64,000 nucleotides of DNA from Oscillospiraceae bacterium (GTDB lineage Bacteria > Bacillota > Clostridia > Oscillospirales > Oscillospiraceae). Position numbers and translations under genes: made by a program. The notes below the pieces were generated by a model. That model ran no database searches. It saw only the letters and a program-made list of their open reading frames with translations, and was not told where the DNA came from. The stretch spans positions 1,182 through 65,181 of the forward strand of contig CAJGCI010000002.1 in NCBI GenBank assembly GCA_904501855.1, given 5' to 3'. Shown here in pieces: positions 54,398-63,945 of this stretch (position 1 is the stretch's first letter; every line of letters begins with the position of its first letter).

Positions 54398-55465
54398 TTA
54401 TTCCGTCACTTCTTCCATCGGAGGAAGCGATGGGGCGGCCGTAACTTCCGGCGTGGGCGTCGGAATCTGTGTCGCCGTAGGTGTCGGTTCTTCAGTCTCT
54501 GCCGGCGGAATCGTCGCAGTGGGAGACGGCGTCGGATTCGGAGCCGTTGTCTGCGTCGGAGTCGGTTTCGGCGGCAGCGTTACGGTTGCCGAAGGCTTCG
54601 GAGCCGTTGTCGGTCCCGGTTTGTTGCTGGACCCCGGCGTTGAACTGCTGGCGCCCGGTGTGGCCGGGGACGCACTTTCCTTCGGCTCTTCCGTCGAAGT
54701 CACATCCTCCACGGCCTTTCCTGTGTCGCCAAGATGCTCGCTGACTGTATTGGACAGCTGGCTCATGGACATCGTAGACAGGCTGTCGAACTTCGCTTCG
54801 GGTACGACATCGGCAATGGTCTGAATAAACGCCGCTTTCCCTTCCGAAATCCCATACTGATCTGCCAGTTCTTTCAGTGTGTCCTGAGATCGCAAATGCT
54901 GTTTATACACTTTCAGTTTGATACCGCTTTCCTTCTGTGTGCTGACGGCAGCATCTACTGCGATCTTTTCCAGTTTCTGTGTGCGTTTGTCATTGTTTCC
55001 GATAACGGAAATCAGAATCGCGTTTTCCTTTTTGTTGATATATCCCTCATCGATCAGGGAAAGGACCGTTCCTCGAACGATATCTTTAGGAGAGCTTGCT
55101 TCTGCTTTCTCCTTTTCAATGATCTTGGAGGCATCTTTATTCAGTCCCTGATAGTTTACTACATCTCCATAACGGTTCACTTCGATCGCCACGCTTGGAT
55201 TAACGTCGATCTGAATCACATCCGTCGGGATCTTGGTGGAACGATAGCCGACGATTCCGGTGCCAAGCACCAGGAACAGCACGGCCGCCCAAGCCAGTTT
55301 CATCAAATTGGAGACCGCATGTTTGTTCGAGCGAGTTTCCTTTTCTTTCTGATCCCTGGAGTTCTGTATTCTTTCAAGTATGATATCAAAATTGTCCGGA
55401 GTAGCGGCACTGAATTCCTCGCGGATCAACGCCTCTAGTTCTTTGTCATTCAATATCATCACCAC
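54398..55465 (-). CDS. Membrane-anchored anti-sigma factor-like protein with a Pro/Thr-rich C-terminal tail
   Basis: Overlaps the stop of the ECF sigma gene. Has a short cytoplasmic N-domain, one TM segment (AWAAVLFLVLGTGIVGY), an extracytoplasmic domain, and about 100 aa of PT-rich low complexity. Confidence 0.7.
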   Translation of the reverse strand: MVMILNDKELEALIREEFSAATPDNFDIILERIQNSRDQKEKETRSNKHAVSNLMKLAWAAVLFLVLGTGIVGYRSTKIPTDVIQIDVNPSVAIEVNRYGDVVNYQGLNKDASKIIEKEKAEASSPKDIVRGTVLSLIDEGYINKKENAILISVIGNNDKRTQKLEKIAVDAAVSTQKESGIKLKVYKQHLRSQDTLKELADQYGISEGKAAFIQTIADVVPEAKFDSLSTMSMSQLSNTVSEHLGDTGKAVEDVTSTEEPKESASPATPGASSSTPGSSNKPGPTTAPKPSATVTLPPKPTPTQTTAPNPTPSPTATIPPAETEEPTPTATQIPTPTPEVTAAPSLPPMEEVTE

Positions 55466-56030
55466 CTATTATTCTTCTCATTTTTTCAAGAGAACGCTTG
55501 TACTTCGTAAGTACGGTGGGCAGAGGAATCTTCATGATCTCCGCGATTTCGCGGTGTTTCATTCCGGTCATCGCATGCAGTATAACAATCTGCCGATCTT
55601 CGTCCTTTAATTCATTCAAGGCCTTTCGAAGCATGAGCCGCCGGTCGCTTTGGGCGAAATCATCGGACTTTGCCACATCCATATAGTCCTCTAACGAAGA
55701 ATTGCGGTTATCCATCCGCTTCAGCTTCATCAGGGCTATATTCTTTGTGATGGTCATGATCCAGGCCATGGGCTTGCCTTGGGACACATACTTTTCTGCA
55801 TTCTGTGCGATGTTCACGAAGGCATCCTGCATGACGTCTTCCGCTGTCGTCGGATTCTGAATAATGGACAGTGCATATGTATAGACGGCTGAAGAGACCC
55901 GCTCATAAAGATCTCTCAGCGCATCCATGTCCCCGTCCGCCACTTTCTGTAACAGAAGGTCCAGGATCTCGACATCGCTCAGGCTGCTGATGTTCTCTTT
56001 TTCGGAAATTGAGTGGTTCATTAAAACCAT
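55446..56030 (-). CDS. ECF-type RNA polymerase sigma-70 family factor
   Basis: Region 2 (LYERVSSAVYTYALSIIQNPTTAEDVMQDAFV) and a region 4 HTH (ILHAMTGMKHREIAEIMKIPLPTVLTKYKRSLEKMR). Confidence 0.88.
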   Translation of the reverse strand: MVLMNHSISEKENISSLSDVEILDLLLQKVADGDMDALRDLYERVSSAVYTYALSIIQNPTTAEDVMQDAFVNIAQNAEKYVSQGKPMAWIMTITKNIALMKLKRMDNRNSSLEDYMDVAKSDDFAQSDRRLMLRKALNELKDEDRQIVILHAMTGMKHREIAEIMKIPLPTVLTKYKRSLEKMRRIIGGDDIE

Positions 56031-56116
56031 CTCCCCTCCCTATAATAATAAATCGTAAGGTGGTCGTTTTATTGCAAAGTTCCTAAAGAAATCTTAACTA
56101 TTTTTTCTTATGCGGT

Positions 56117-56143
56117 GAAAGCCAGTCCTGAGGACTGGCTTTC
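56117..56143 (-). terminator. Hairpin immediately 3' of tRNA-Leu (terminator or processing signal)
   Basis: Perfect 12-bp stem gaaagccagtcc/ggactggctttc with a 3-nt loop. There is no U-tract on the minus strand, so termination is uncertain. Confidence 0.45.
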
Positions 56144-56232
56144 TGGTGCCGGTAGCCGGGGTCGAACCGGCACGATGTTTTATCATCGAGGGATTTTAAG
56201 TCCCTTGCGTCTGCCAATTCCGCCATACCGGC
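56144..56232 (-). tRNA. tRNA-Leu (anticodon UAA), type II with long variable arm, CCA encoded
   Basis: Hand-folded reverse complement. Acceptor stem GCCGGTA/TACCGGC; anticodon stem AGGGA/TCCCT with loop CTTAAAA; variable arm CGATG-ATAAAA-CATCG; T arm GCCGG-TTCGACC-CCGGC; discriminator A then CCA. Confidence 0.9.
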
Positions 56233-56246
56233 GTTGGAACAGTGTT

Positions 56247-56276
56247 AATTTACCATTTCGTAAAGGGCGATGTCAA
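56247..56276 (-). promoter_or_regulatory. Candidate promoter of tRNA-Leu
   Basis: Minus strand TTGACA - 18 nt - TAAATT with TGg (extended -10), about 15 nt upstream of the mature 5' end. Confidence 0.55.
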
Positions 56277-56388
56277 GAGTCCCTCTTTCCCTTGCGATTT
56301 GTCTGACTGAATGATATTATTAACTTGCTTATTACTATATTATAAGAAAGAACTTTTTTCGGGTTCTTTTTTCAGTTTTTGGGACGTT

Positions 56389-58395
56389 ATGAACTATCAG
56401 AACTGGAAAATTCCATATCGACAGCCTGCCCTTTCCCCCCAATGTTCCGAGGCAGGCTATCCTCCTTTATTGGCCCTTTTGCTTTCTCAGAAGGAGCTTT
56501 CGGAGGGGCTTGATCCGGAGAATTATCTTCGTTGTGATATCTCTCAGCTTCAGGATCCTTATCTGCTCCGCGGAATGGAGCCCGCAGTGGAACGCATTAA
56601 GGAGGCCATCTCTGCGCAGGAGACTGTCGCCGTTTTCGGAGATTATGATGTTGACGGTATCACCTCCACCTGTCTGATGACGGATTTTCTTACGCAATGC
56701 GGCCTTACCGTGTTCCCGTACATTCCCGATCGTCTGGATGAGGGATATGGTCTGAACAACGATGCCATCTCCAACTTTTGCGATCACGGAGTCTCTCTGA
56801 TTGTCACGGTGGACTGCGGAATCACTGCGGCGGAAGAAGTTTCCTTTGCTTCCGAGCTTGGTATTGACGTCATTATTACCGATCACCATGAGTGCCAGGA
56901 AGGGATTCCAAAGGACGCTGTCGCCGTGGTAAATCCGCGTCAGACGAACTGCCACTATCCCAACAAGGATCTTGCAGGAGTCGGCGTCGCGCTGAAAGTC
57001 GCCTGTGCCGTTTCCGGGCAGGAGGAGAAAATGCTCCGCCGGTATGGCGAATGGGCCGCCATCGGAACCATCGCCGATGTGATGCCGCTGACAGAGGAAA
57101 ACCGATTTCTGGTTAAATACGGTCTGGATAAGATTGCGCACAATCCGTCCCCCGGAGTCGATGCGCTTCTCATACAGTCCGGGACAAAAGGAAAGAAAAT
57201 CACCTCAACCTCCGTGGGCTACACCCTGGCTCCGCGCCTCAATGCGTCCGGCCGTCTGGGTCAGGCAATGGTAGCGTATCGGCTTCTGACGGAAACCGAT
57301 CCGCGGAAAGCACAGCTTCTGGCAGAAGAACTTTGTGAACTGAACCGGCAGCGACAGGAGATCGAGACGGAGATCTGGAACGAGGCGCATCATATGATAC
57401 AGGATTCCGCCCCCATGGGTCCCATCGTCCTGTCCAGCGACCACTGGCATCCCGGTGTCATAGGCATTGCTGCCTCCCGGCTGGCAGATCAGTACTCCTT
57501 CCCGGCTGTCATGATCTACCTGAACGGCAATCTGGGAAAAGGCTCTTGCCGCAGCTATGGCTCTTTTAATATTTTCGATGCGCTTTCCGCCTGCTCCTCC
57601 CATCTGGAAGGATTCGGCGGACATGCTCAGGCCGCAGGCCTTACCATCCGAAAGGAACAGATCCCCGCTTTCTGTGCTGCGCTCCGTGAATACTACCAGG
57701 AGAACGCCACGGAAGAGAGTATGGAGCTGTCCTGTGACCTTCTTGTTCAGGATCCGTCGCTCCTTTCCCGCACCAACGTGCAGGCACTGGATCTGCTGGA
57801 GCCGTTTGGCAACGGAAATCCGGCACCCGTGCTTTGCGTACAGGGTGCTACGATCTATGACTGTCGTTCCATTGGAAACGGAAAACACGTTCGCTTCCGG
57901 CTGGCTTTTCAGGGTGCCTGGTTTGATTGTGTCTTTTTCTCACACGCCATTACCCAGATGCCTGTCCGCGACGGAGATGTTGTCGACATGGCATTTCATG
58001 CACAGATTAACGACTATAACGGCGTACAGTCCGTACAGCTTCTGGTCGTGGACATCCGGCCACACCAGCCGGAAGAGCTATGCAGAGCGCTGACCGCTGC
58101 ACCGGAAAATGTCCTGTGGTGCTGTCATCAGTTCTGCCCTTCCCGCAATGATTTTGTTTCCGTGTGGAAAGCCTTGACGACCCACGGATCCGAACTGCCA
58201 GCCTCTTTCGGCATGCTGCTCTCCCGGTGTCCCGACGGTGTTGCTCCGGAGGCTTATCTGATTTGTCTGCAGGTATGGCTGGAGCTTGGGCTGCTCGTTC
58301 CCGGTCCGGACGGTTCCGTTCTCGGCGCCCGGGTGGAGCCGGAACAAAGAAAAATCAATCTGCAGGATTCAAAGATTCTGCAGGAACTTCAATAA
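56389..58395 (+). CDS. recJ: Single-stranded-DNA-specific exonuclease RecJ
   Basis: DHH motifs (FGDYDVDGITS, VTVDCG, ITDHH), a DHHA1 region (GGHAQAAG) and a C-terminal OB-like extension. The ATG at 56389 is preferred over the upstream ORF-track start. Confidence 0.9.
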   Translation: MNYQNWKIPYRQPALSPQCSEAGYPPLLALLLSQKELSEGLDPENYLRCDISQLQDPYLLRGMEPAVERIKEAISAQETVAVFGDYDVDGITSTCLMTDFLTQCGLTVFPYIPDRLDEGYGLNNDAISNFCDHGVSLIVTVDCGITAAEEVSFASELGIDVIITDHHECQEGIPKDAVAVVNPRQTNCHYPNKDLAGVGVALKVACAVSGQEEKMLRRYGEWAAIGTIADVMPLTEENRFLVKYGLDKIAHNPSPGVDALLIQSGTKGKKITSTSVGYTLAPRLNASGRLGQAMVAYRLLTETDPRKAQLLAEELCELNRQRQEIETEIWNEAHHMIQDSAPMGPIVLSSDHWHPGVIGIAASRLADQYSFPAVMIYLNGNLGKGSCRSYGSFNIFDALSACSSHLEGFGGHAQAAGLTIRKEQIPAFCAALREYYQENATEESMELSCDLLVQDPSLLSRTNVQALDLLEPFGNGNPAPVLCVQGATIYDCRSIGNGKHVRFRLAFQGAWFDCVFFSHAITQMPVRDGDVVDMAFHAQINDYNGVQSVQLLVVDIRPHQPEELCRALTAAPENVLWCCHQFCPSRNDFVSVWKALTTHGSELPASFGMLLSRCPDGVAPEAYLICLQVWLELGLLVPGPDGSVLGARVEPEQRKINLQDSKILQELQ

Positions 58396-58416
58396 GAAAG
58401 AAAGGAGGTGCTGAAG

Positions 58417-60672
58417 ATGTCTGAAGTACTCAACGCTACTGCCCCGCAACTGGATCCCGATGCCATGTTTCTGTCTCTGAAGGAGGCCGTTGAAAATGGT
58501 ACCATCGCCATGGATATTGACCGTATCACGGCCGCTTATGAATACGCACGATCTGCACATGAAGGCCAGCTGCGCAAGGACGGTTCCCCTTATGTGACTC
58601 ATTGTGTCGCTGCGGCACATATAGCTTTGGAAATGGGACTGGACGAAGATTCCATCGTCGCGTCGCTGCTTCACGACGTCATCGAAGACACCTCCTCCGG
58701 ATATGATGAACTCTCCCGTCTGTTCGGTTCCACCGTTGCCGATCTTGTGGAAGGCGTTACCAAGCTGACCCGTGTCCAGTACACCAGCAAAGAAGACGAA
58801 CAGATGGAGAACATGCGCAAGATGCTCATGGCCATGACGAAGGACATTCGCGTCATCCTCATCAAAATCGCGGATCGTCTCCATAACATGCGCACCATGG
58901 AGTATCAGACGGAAGAGAAGCAGAGGACAAAATCACTGGAAACCATGGAGATCTATGCACCTCTGGCCCACCGTCTCGGAATGCAGCGAGCCAAATGGGA
59001 GCTGGAAGATCTCTCTCTGAAGTATCTGGATCCGGAAGGATACCAGGAAATCACCGATGTGCTGGACACAAAAATGCAGGTTCTGGAAGAATTCATGCAT
59101 TCGGTAGACTCCCAGATCGAGGCGCGTCTGTCCTCTGATCACATCAACGCCACCGTGTACAGCCGCATCAAACATATTTACAGTATTTACCGCAAAATGT
59201 ATGCCCAGAAACTGGACATCAACGGCATTTTTGATCTTTGTGCCTTCCGGGTAATCGTGGACACGATCCCCGACTGCTATAACGTATTGGGAATTATCCA
59301 TGATATGTTCAAACCCGTGCCCGGTCGTTTTAAAGATTATATCTCCACGCCGAAGCCCAATATGTACCAGTCGGTACACACCACCGTTATCGGCTCAGAG
59401 GGCATTCCCTTTGAAGTGCAGATCCGCACCTGGGAAATGCATCGCATGGCAGAGTACGGCATCGCCGCTCATTGGAAATACAAAATGGGCAATGTTCCCG
59501 TAAAGTCAGGGGACGAGGAAAACTACGCGTGGATCCGGCGTCTTCTGGAAAGCCAGCAGGAATCCGACGCTTCGGACTTTTTCCACAACATGAAGATCGA
59601 CATGTTTGCCGACGAAGTCTTCGTATTCTCCCCCAAGGGAGATGTCATTAATCTTCCTGCCGGAGCGACTCCCATCGATTTTGCGTACAGCATCCACTCC
59701 GGAGTTGGAAACACCATGGTTGGTGCATCCGTTAACGGGCGGATCGTCACGTTCGATCATGTCCTGCAGAACGGAGACATCGTAGAGATCCGAACCTCCA
59801 AAAACGCTCCCGGTCCCAGCCGAGACTGGCTGACGCTGGCCAAAAGCGGGTCCGCACGCACCAAGATCAAACAATGGTTCAAAAAAGAACGCCGGGAGGA
59901 GAACATCGAGACCGGAAAGGCCATGTTCGAAGCGGAGGCTCATTCCCGAAATCTTTCCGTAACAGCATTGACCAACGAAGAGATGTTGCCTCTTCTGCTG
60001 AAGAGAGTATCCTTCCCCACACTGGATGATCTGTATGCTGCCATCGGTTACGGTGGAATGACGGCTACCCGTGCAGTAAACCGTATGAACGATGAACTGC
60101 AGCGTCACCAGCGATCCGCAGAGAAGAAGACCGTTGTAGATAAGGTCAATGAGGCCGCAGAACGACGAAACCAGCAGGAGGCCCATCGAAGAGGAAAGCC
60201 GGTACACGGAGTGCTGGTAGAGGGACTGGACAACTGTCTGATCAAATTCTCCCGCTGCTGTACGCCGGTACCGGGTGATGATATCGTCGGTTATATTACC
60301 AGAGGCCAGGGCGTATCCATTCATCGAAAAGACTGTGAAAACTACCTGCGTCATCCTCACTCGATGGAGGAAGACGGCCGATGGATCCCCGTCAGCTGGG
60401 CCGAAGAAATCGATGATACCTACAACACCAACATCACGGTTGTCTCCACAGAACGGCAGGGTCTTGTTCTGGATGTTGCAACCATCCTCAATGCGCTCAA
60501 TTCCAAAGTTCGTTCTCTGAACGCCCGTGATACCGGTGACGGTCTCAGCCTTGTGGCGGTTTCTCTTGAGGTCCACTCTCTGAACGAACTGCAGTCCATC
60601 ATCAACCGACTGAGCGGTATCCGCGGGGTTTCGCAGGTCGTGCGAAATGGAGCGAGCCAAAAAGACCTATAA
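58417..60672 (+). CDS. relA: Bifunctional (p)ppGpp synthetase / hydrolase (long RSH, Rel)
   Basis: HD hydrolase motif (HCVAAAHI...LLHDVIEDT), synthetase domain (YRSLHTTV-like YQSVHTTV, EVQIRT), and TGS and ACT-like C-terminal domains. The ATG at 58417 has GGAGG upstream. Confidence 0.93.
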   Translation: MSEVLNATAPQLDPDAMFLSLKEAVENGTIAMDIDRITAAYEYARSAHEGQLRKDGSPYVTHCVAAAHIALEMGLDEDSIVASLLHDVIEDTSSGYDELSRLFGSTVADLVEGVTKLTRVQYTSKEDEQMENMRKMLMAMTKDIRVILIKIADRLHNMRTMEYQTEEKQRTKSLETMEIYAPLAHRLGMQRAKWELEDLSLKYLDPEGYQEITDVLDTKMQVLEEFMHSVDSQIEARLSSDHINATVYSRIKHIYSIYRKMYAQKLDINGIFDLCAFRVIVDTIPDCYNVLGIIHDMFKPVPGRFKDYISTPKPNMYQSVHTTVIGSEGIPFEVQIRTWEMHRMAEYGIAAHWKYKMGNVPVKSGDEENYAWIRRLLESQQESDASDFFHNMKIDMFADEVFVFSPKGDVINLPAGATPIDFAYSIHSGVGNTMVGASVNGRIVTFDHVLQNGDIVEIRTSKNAPGPSRDWLTLAKSGSARTKIKQWFKKERREENIETGKAMFEAEAHSRNLSVTALTNEEMLPLLLKRVSFPTLDDLYAAIGYGGMTATRAVNRMNDELQRHQRSAEKKTVVDKVNEAAERRNQQEAHRRGKPVHGVLVEGLDNCLIKFSRCCTPVPGDDIVGYITRGQGVSIHRKDCENYLRHPHSMEEDGRWIPVSWAEEIDDTYNTNITVVSTERQGLVLDVATILNALNSKVRSLNARDTGDGLSLVAVSLEVHSLNELQSIINRLSGIRGVSQVVRNGASQKDL

Positions 60673-60696
60673 TGATAAGGGAAGGAGTAATCCGAT

Positions 60697-61308
60697 ATGC
60701 TGATTAAAACACTTCCGGTTGGGCAGCTGGAAACCAACTGTTATGTCGTTACCGATGAAACCTCGATGGACTGTGCTGTCATCGATCCCGGCGACGAATC
60801 CAATTCCATCTTAAACTATCTCGAAGAGCATAAAATGAACTGCCGCGCGATCCTGATCACTCACGGACACTGGGATCACACCGGGGCGGCTGCTGCAATC
60901 GTCGAGGAGACCGGTGCAGATCTTTATATCCACCAGCTGGATACGACTTCTAATCCTATGGAAGCAAGATATAAATATCTGGCTCCGGAAAATACCCGCT
61001 TCTATGATGAAGGCGATGAGATCCACATTGGTTCTCTTGTCTTTCGGGTCATGTTCACTCCCGGCCATTCTCCCGGCGGAGTCACTTTGGTCTGTGAGGA
61101 CGCAGTTTTCTGCGGCGACACTCTATTCCGCGGCAGTTGCGGCCGCACCGATCTTCCCGGCGGCGATATCAATGAGGAACTTCGCTCCATTCTGCGGATC
61201 TGCAAACTGCCCGGGGAATATGATGTTTTTCCCGGCCACATGGATTCCACAACACTGGAGCGGGAAAGAAATTTCAACTATTACTGCCGTCAGGCACTTG
61301 GTTTGTGA
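60697..61308 (+). CDS. MBL-fold metallo-hydrolase (glyoxalase II-like)
   Basis: ITHGHWDH (HxHxDH) motif plus a downstream TPGHSPG. 203 aa. Confidence 0.88.
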   Translation: MLIKTLPVGQLETNCYVVTDETSMDCAVIDPGDESNSILNYLEEHKMNCRAILITHGHWDHTGAAAAIVEETGADLYIHQLDTTSNPMEARYKYLAPENTRFYDEGDEIHIGSLVFRVMFTPGHSPGGVTLVCEDAVFCGDTLFRGSCGRTDLPGGDINEELRSILRICKLPGEYDVFPGHMDSTTLERERNFNYYCRQALGL

Positions 61309-61320
61309 GAAGAAAAAGAA

Positions 61321-61355
61321 AAAAGGCTCTCTGCAATTGCTGCAGGGAGCCTTTT
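61321..61355. terminator. Bidirectional terminator between the MBL hydrolase gene and pnp
   Basis: Stem ggctctctgca/tgcagggagcc flanked by an A-run and a T-run. Confidence 0.75.
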
Positions 61356-61368
61356 CCTTTTTCGTTTA

Positions 61369-63492
61369 TCAGGCTTCGCCGCGCTCTTTCAGAGCGTCCT
61401 TGCGGCTCAGATCGATACGTCCGCGATCATCCACGTTCATAACCTTAACCCAGGTCATGTCGCCAATGTTCAGAACGTCTTCGACTTTCTCGGTGCGCTT
61501 GAACTCAAGATCCTTGATCTTGATCAGCCCGTCCTTGCCGGGAGCAAGCTCGACCCATGCACCGAAATCAGAGCGGATGTTGGAAACCTTTCCATAATAC
61601 AGAGCTCCGATTTCCGGCTCGAACACGATATCTTCAATGCTCTTTCTTGCTGCACGGCAGGCTTCGATATCCTTGGAGGCGATATAGATTGTTCCATCGT
61701 CTTCGATGTCAATTTTGCATCCGGTTTCTGCGGTAAGTTTCTGAATGACTTTTCCGCCGGTTCCGATGACTTCACGGATCTTATCCGGGTTGATGCTCAT
61801 CTTGATCATCTTCGGAGCAGATGCTGCCAGCGGTCTCGGCTCGCTGATGGCCGGAAGCATGATGTTATCCAGAATCTGATAACGTGCTTCTCTGGTCATT
61901 TCAAATGCGCTCTTTACGATCTCATGTTTCAGACCGTCGTTCTTAAGGTCCATCTGAATGGCCGTGATTCCGTCTTTGGTTCCTGCTACTTTGAAGTCCA
62001 TCTCACCGTGGAAATCTTCCACGCCCTGAATGTCGATGAAGGTGGTGAAATCATCGCCATCCTGGATCAGACCGCAGCTGATACCCGCGACCGGAGCCTT
62101 CAGGGGAACGCCTGCGTCCAGCAGAGCCATGGTGGTTCCGCAGATGGATCCCTGAGAGGTGGAACCGTTGGAAGAAAGGATCTCGGATACAACACGGATT
62201 GCGTAGGGGAAATCTTCCACTTCGGGAATTACGCTGTCAAGAGCCTTCTCGACCAGCGCACCATGTCCGTATTCACGACGGCCGGTGGAGCGGGCCGCTC
62301 TGGCTTCGCCGCAGGAATACGGCGGCATATTGTAATGATGCATGAAACGCTTCTCTTCTTCCGGCCAGATGGTATCGATCTTCTGGCTGTCGGAAAGAGT
62401 GGACAGCGTTGCAATGGACAGAACCTGTGTCTGACCGCGGGTAAACATTGCGGAACCATGTACCAGCGGAACAACATCCACCTCTGCATCCAGCGGACGG
62501 ATCTCGTTCATCTTTCTTCCGTCAACACGGTGGCCTGCAAGCAGCCATCTCTTAACGATCTGTTTCTGCATCTTGTACAGGATCTCATCCATATAATCCA
62601 TCATGTCAGGATGCTCTTCTTCGTATTTCTCTTCCACCTTGGTGATCCACTCGTTGACACGGGACTCGCGGACATTCTTGTCATCGGTATCCATGCAGTA
62701 TTCCATGCCTTCCATCTCGTTGGCGCAGAGAAGATCAAACAGTTCCTGATCAAAGGAAGCATGCTCGTACTCGAACTTGGGCTTTCCAACCTCTTCCACC
62801 ATCTTGTCGATGAGATCCAGAACGGGCTGCACATGCTCATGAGCCTCTACAATACCTTCAAACATCACATCATCCGGAACCTGATCTGCTTCCGACTCGA
62901 TCATGACGATCTTCTTATGGGTGGCAGCGATGGTTGTGATCATGCGGTTGTTTTCTTTTTCTGCTGCGGTGGGGTTAAACAGGTATTTCTCGCCATCCCA
63001 ACCCAGAACGATTCCGGCAATGGGACCGTTGAAGGGGACATCGGAAATGGATACGGCTGCAGAAGCGCCGATCATTGCGGTGATCTCCGGCGAACAATCG
63101 GGATCTACGCTGAGGACTTCGCAGGCCAGAACCACATCGTTCCTCAGATCATAGGGAAACAGAGGGCGCATGGGACGGTCGATCAGGCGGCTTGCCAGCA
63201 CGGCGTTCAGGCTGGGTTTGCCCTCACGGCGCATAAAGGATCCGGGGATGCGGCCGACCGCATACAGCTTCTCGTTGAAGTCGACGGAAAGCGGGAAATA
63301 ATCGATTCCGTCTTTGGGGCGTGCCGATGCCGTGCATGTCACGAGGATTGTGGTGTTGCCGTATTTGGTCAGCACCGCTGCGTTGCACAGTTCACCCATC
63401 TTGCCGACTTCCATGGAGAGAGGACGGCCTTCGTACTCGATTTCGAATTTCTTGTACTTGGGGAATTCTTTTTTGGTAGTAATGATTTCCAT
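61369..63492 (-). CDS. pnp: Polyribonucleotide nucleotidyltransferase (PNPase)
   Basis: Two RNase PH domains, KH (REVIGTGGKVIQKL) and S1 (GKVSNIRSDFGAWVEL). The ATG at 63492 has GGAG upstream; the ORF track extends further upstream. Confidence 0.95.
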   Translation of the reverse strand: MEIITTKKEFPKYKKFEIEYEGRPLSMEVGKMGELCNAAVLTKYGNTTILVTCTASARPKDGIDYFPLSVDFNEKLYAVGRIPGSFMRREGKPSLNAVLASRLIDRPMRPLFPYDLRNDVVLACEVLSVDPDCSPEITAMIGASAAVSISDVPFNGPIAGIVLGWDGEKYLFNPTAAEKENNRMITTIAATHKKIVMIESEADQVPDDVMFEGIVEAHEHVQPVLDLIDKMVEEVGKPKFEYEHASFDQELFDLLCANEMEGMEYCMDTDDKNVRESRVNEWITKVEEKYEEEHPDMMDYMDEILYKMQKQIVKRWLLAGHRVDGRKMNEIRPLDAEVDVVPLVHGSAMFTRGQTQVLSIATLSTLSDSQKIDTIWPEEEKRFMHHYNMPPYSCGEARAARSTGRREYGHGALVEKALDSVIPEVEDFPYAIRVVSEILSSNGSTSQGSICGTTMALLDAGVPLKAPVAGISCGLIQDGDDFTTFIDIQGVEDFHGEMDFKVAGTKDGITAIQMDLKNDGLKHEIVKSAFEMTREARYQILDNIMLPAISEPRPLAASAPKMIKMSINPDKIREVIGTGGKVIQKLTAETGCKIDIEDDGTIYIASKDIEACRAARKSIEDIVFEPEIGALYYGKVSNIRSDFGAWVELAPGKDGLIKIKDLEFKRTEKVEDVLNIGDMTWVKVMNVDDRGRIDLSRKDALKERGEA

Positions 63493-63589
63493 TGAAACTC
63501 CTTTCCTGATGAGCTTCCTGCACTTAAGTACTTGAAAAAAGATCCGTCGCGACAGGTCCTTTTTCAAATACCAAAGCGTCAGGCCGCTC

Positions 63590-63625
63590 AAAAAAATAGG
63601 AGGACAGTATTCACTTGTCCTCCTA
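63590..63625 (-). terminator. Terminator/attenuator hairpin between rpsO and pnp
   Basis: Minus strand taggaggaca/tgtcctccta (perfect 10 bp) followed by ttttttt. Confidence 0.7.
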
Positions 63626-63678
63626 CAAAACGTTCATACCCTTCAAATCAGCGTTCCGCTGAAACAACATGGACCAGA

Positions 63679-63945
63679 TTACTTTCTGATGCCAAGCTTT
63701 GCAATAATTGCACGATAGCGCTCGATGTCCTTCTTTGCCAGATAGTCGAGCAGTCTGCGGCGTTTACCAACCATTTTATACATGCCCAGACGGCTGTGGT
63801 CGTCGTTGGGATGCTGTTTCAGATGCTCGGTGAGCTGCTTGATGCGCTCGGAGAGGATGGCAATCTGGACTTCCGGAGATCCGGTGTCGCCTTCATGAGT
63901 CTTGTTTGCTTCGATGACAACATTTTTCTGTTCTTTTGTGATCAT
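63679..63945 (-). CDS. rpsO: 30S ribosomal protein S15
   Basis: 88 aa with [25 protein letters not shown]...[22 protein letters not shown]. Confidence 0.96.
   Translation of the reverse strand: MITKEQKNVVIEANKTHEGDTGSPEVQIAILSERIKQLTEHLKQHPNDDHSRLGMYKMVGKRRRLLDYLAKKDIERYRAIIAKLGIRK

Noticed and set aside
54285-54824. 179-aa Gly/Val-rich plus-strand ORF that could look like a repetitive surface protein
   Set aside because: It is the reverse-complement reading of the Pro/Thr-rich tail of the anti-sigma gene, which is coupled to the sigma factor gene on the minus strand.
56117-56143. Hairpin next to tRNA-Leu as a possible integration (att) site remnant
   Set aside because: There is no integrase, no direct repeat of the tRNA 3' end and no foreign-looking DNA flanking it. 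It is more simply a terminator or processing hairpin.
61924-63495. 523-aa plus-strand ORF opposite pnp
   Set aside because: It is a shadow ORF of the PNPase gene. PNPase shows RNase PH, KH and S1 motifs on the minus strand.
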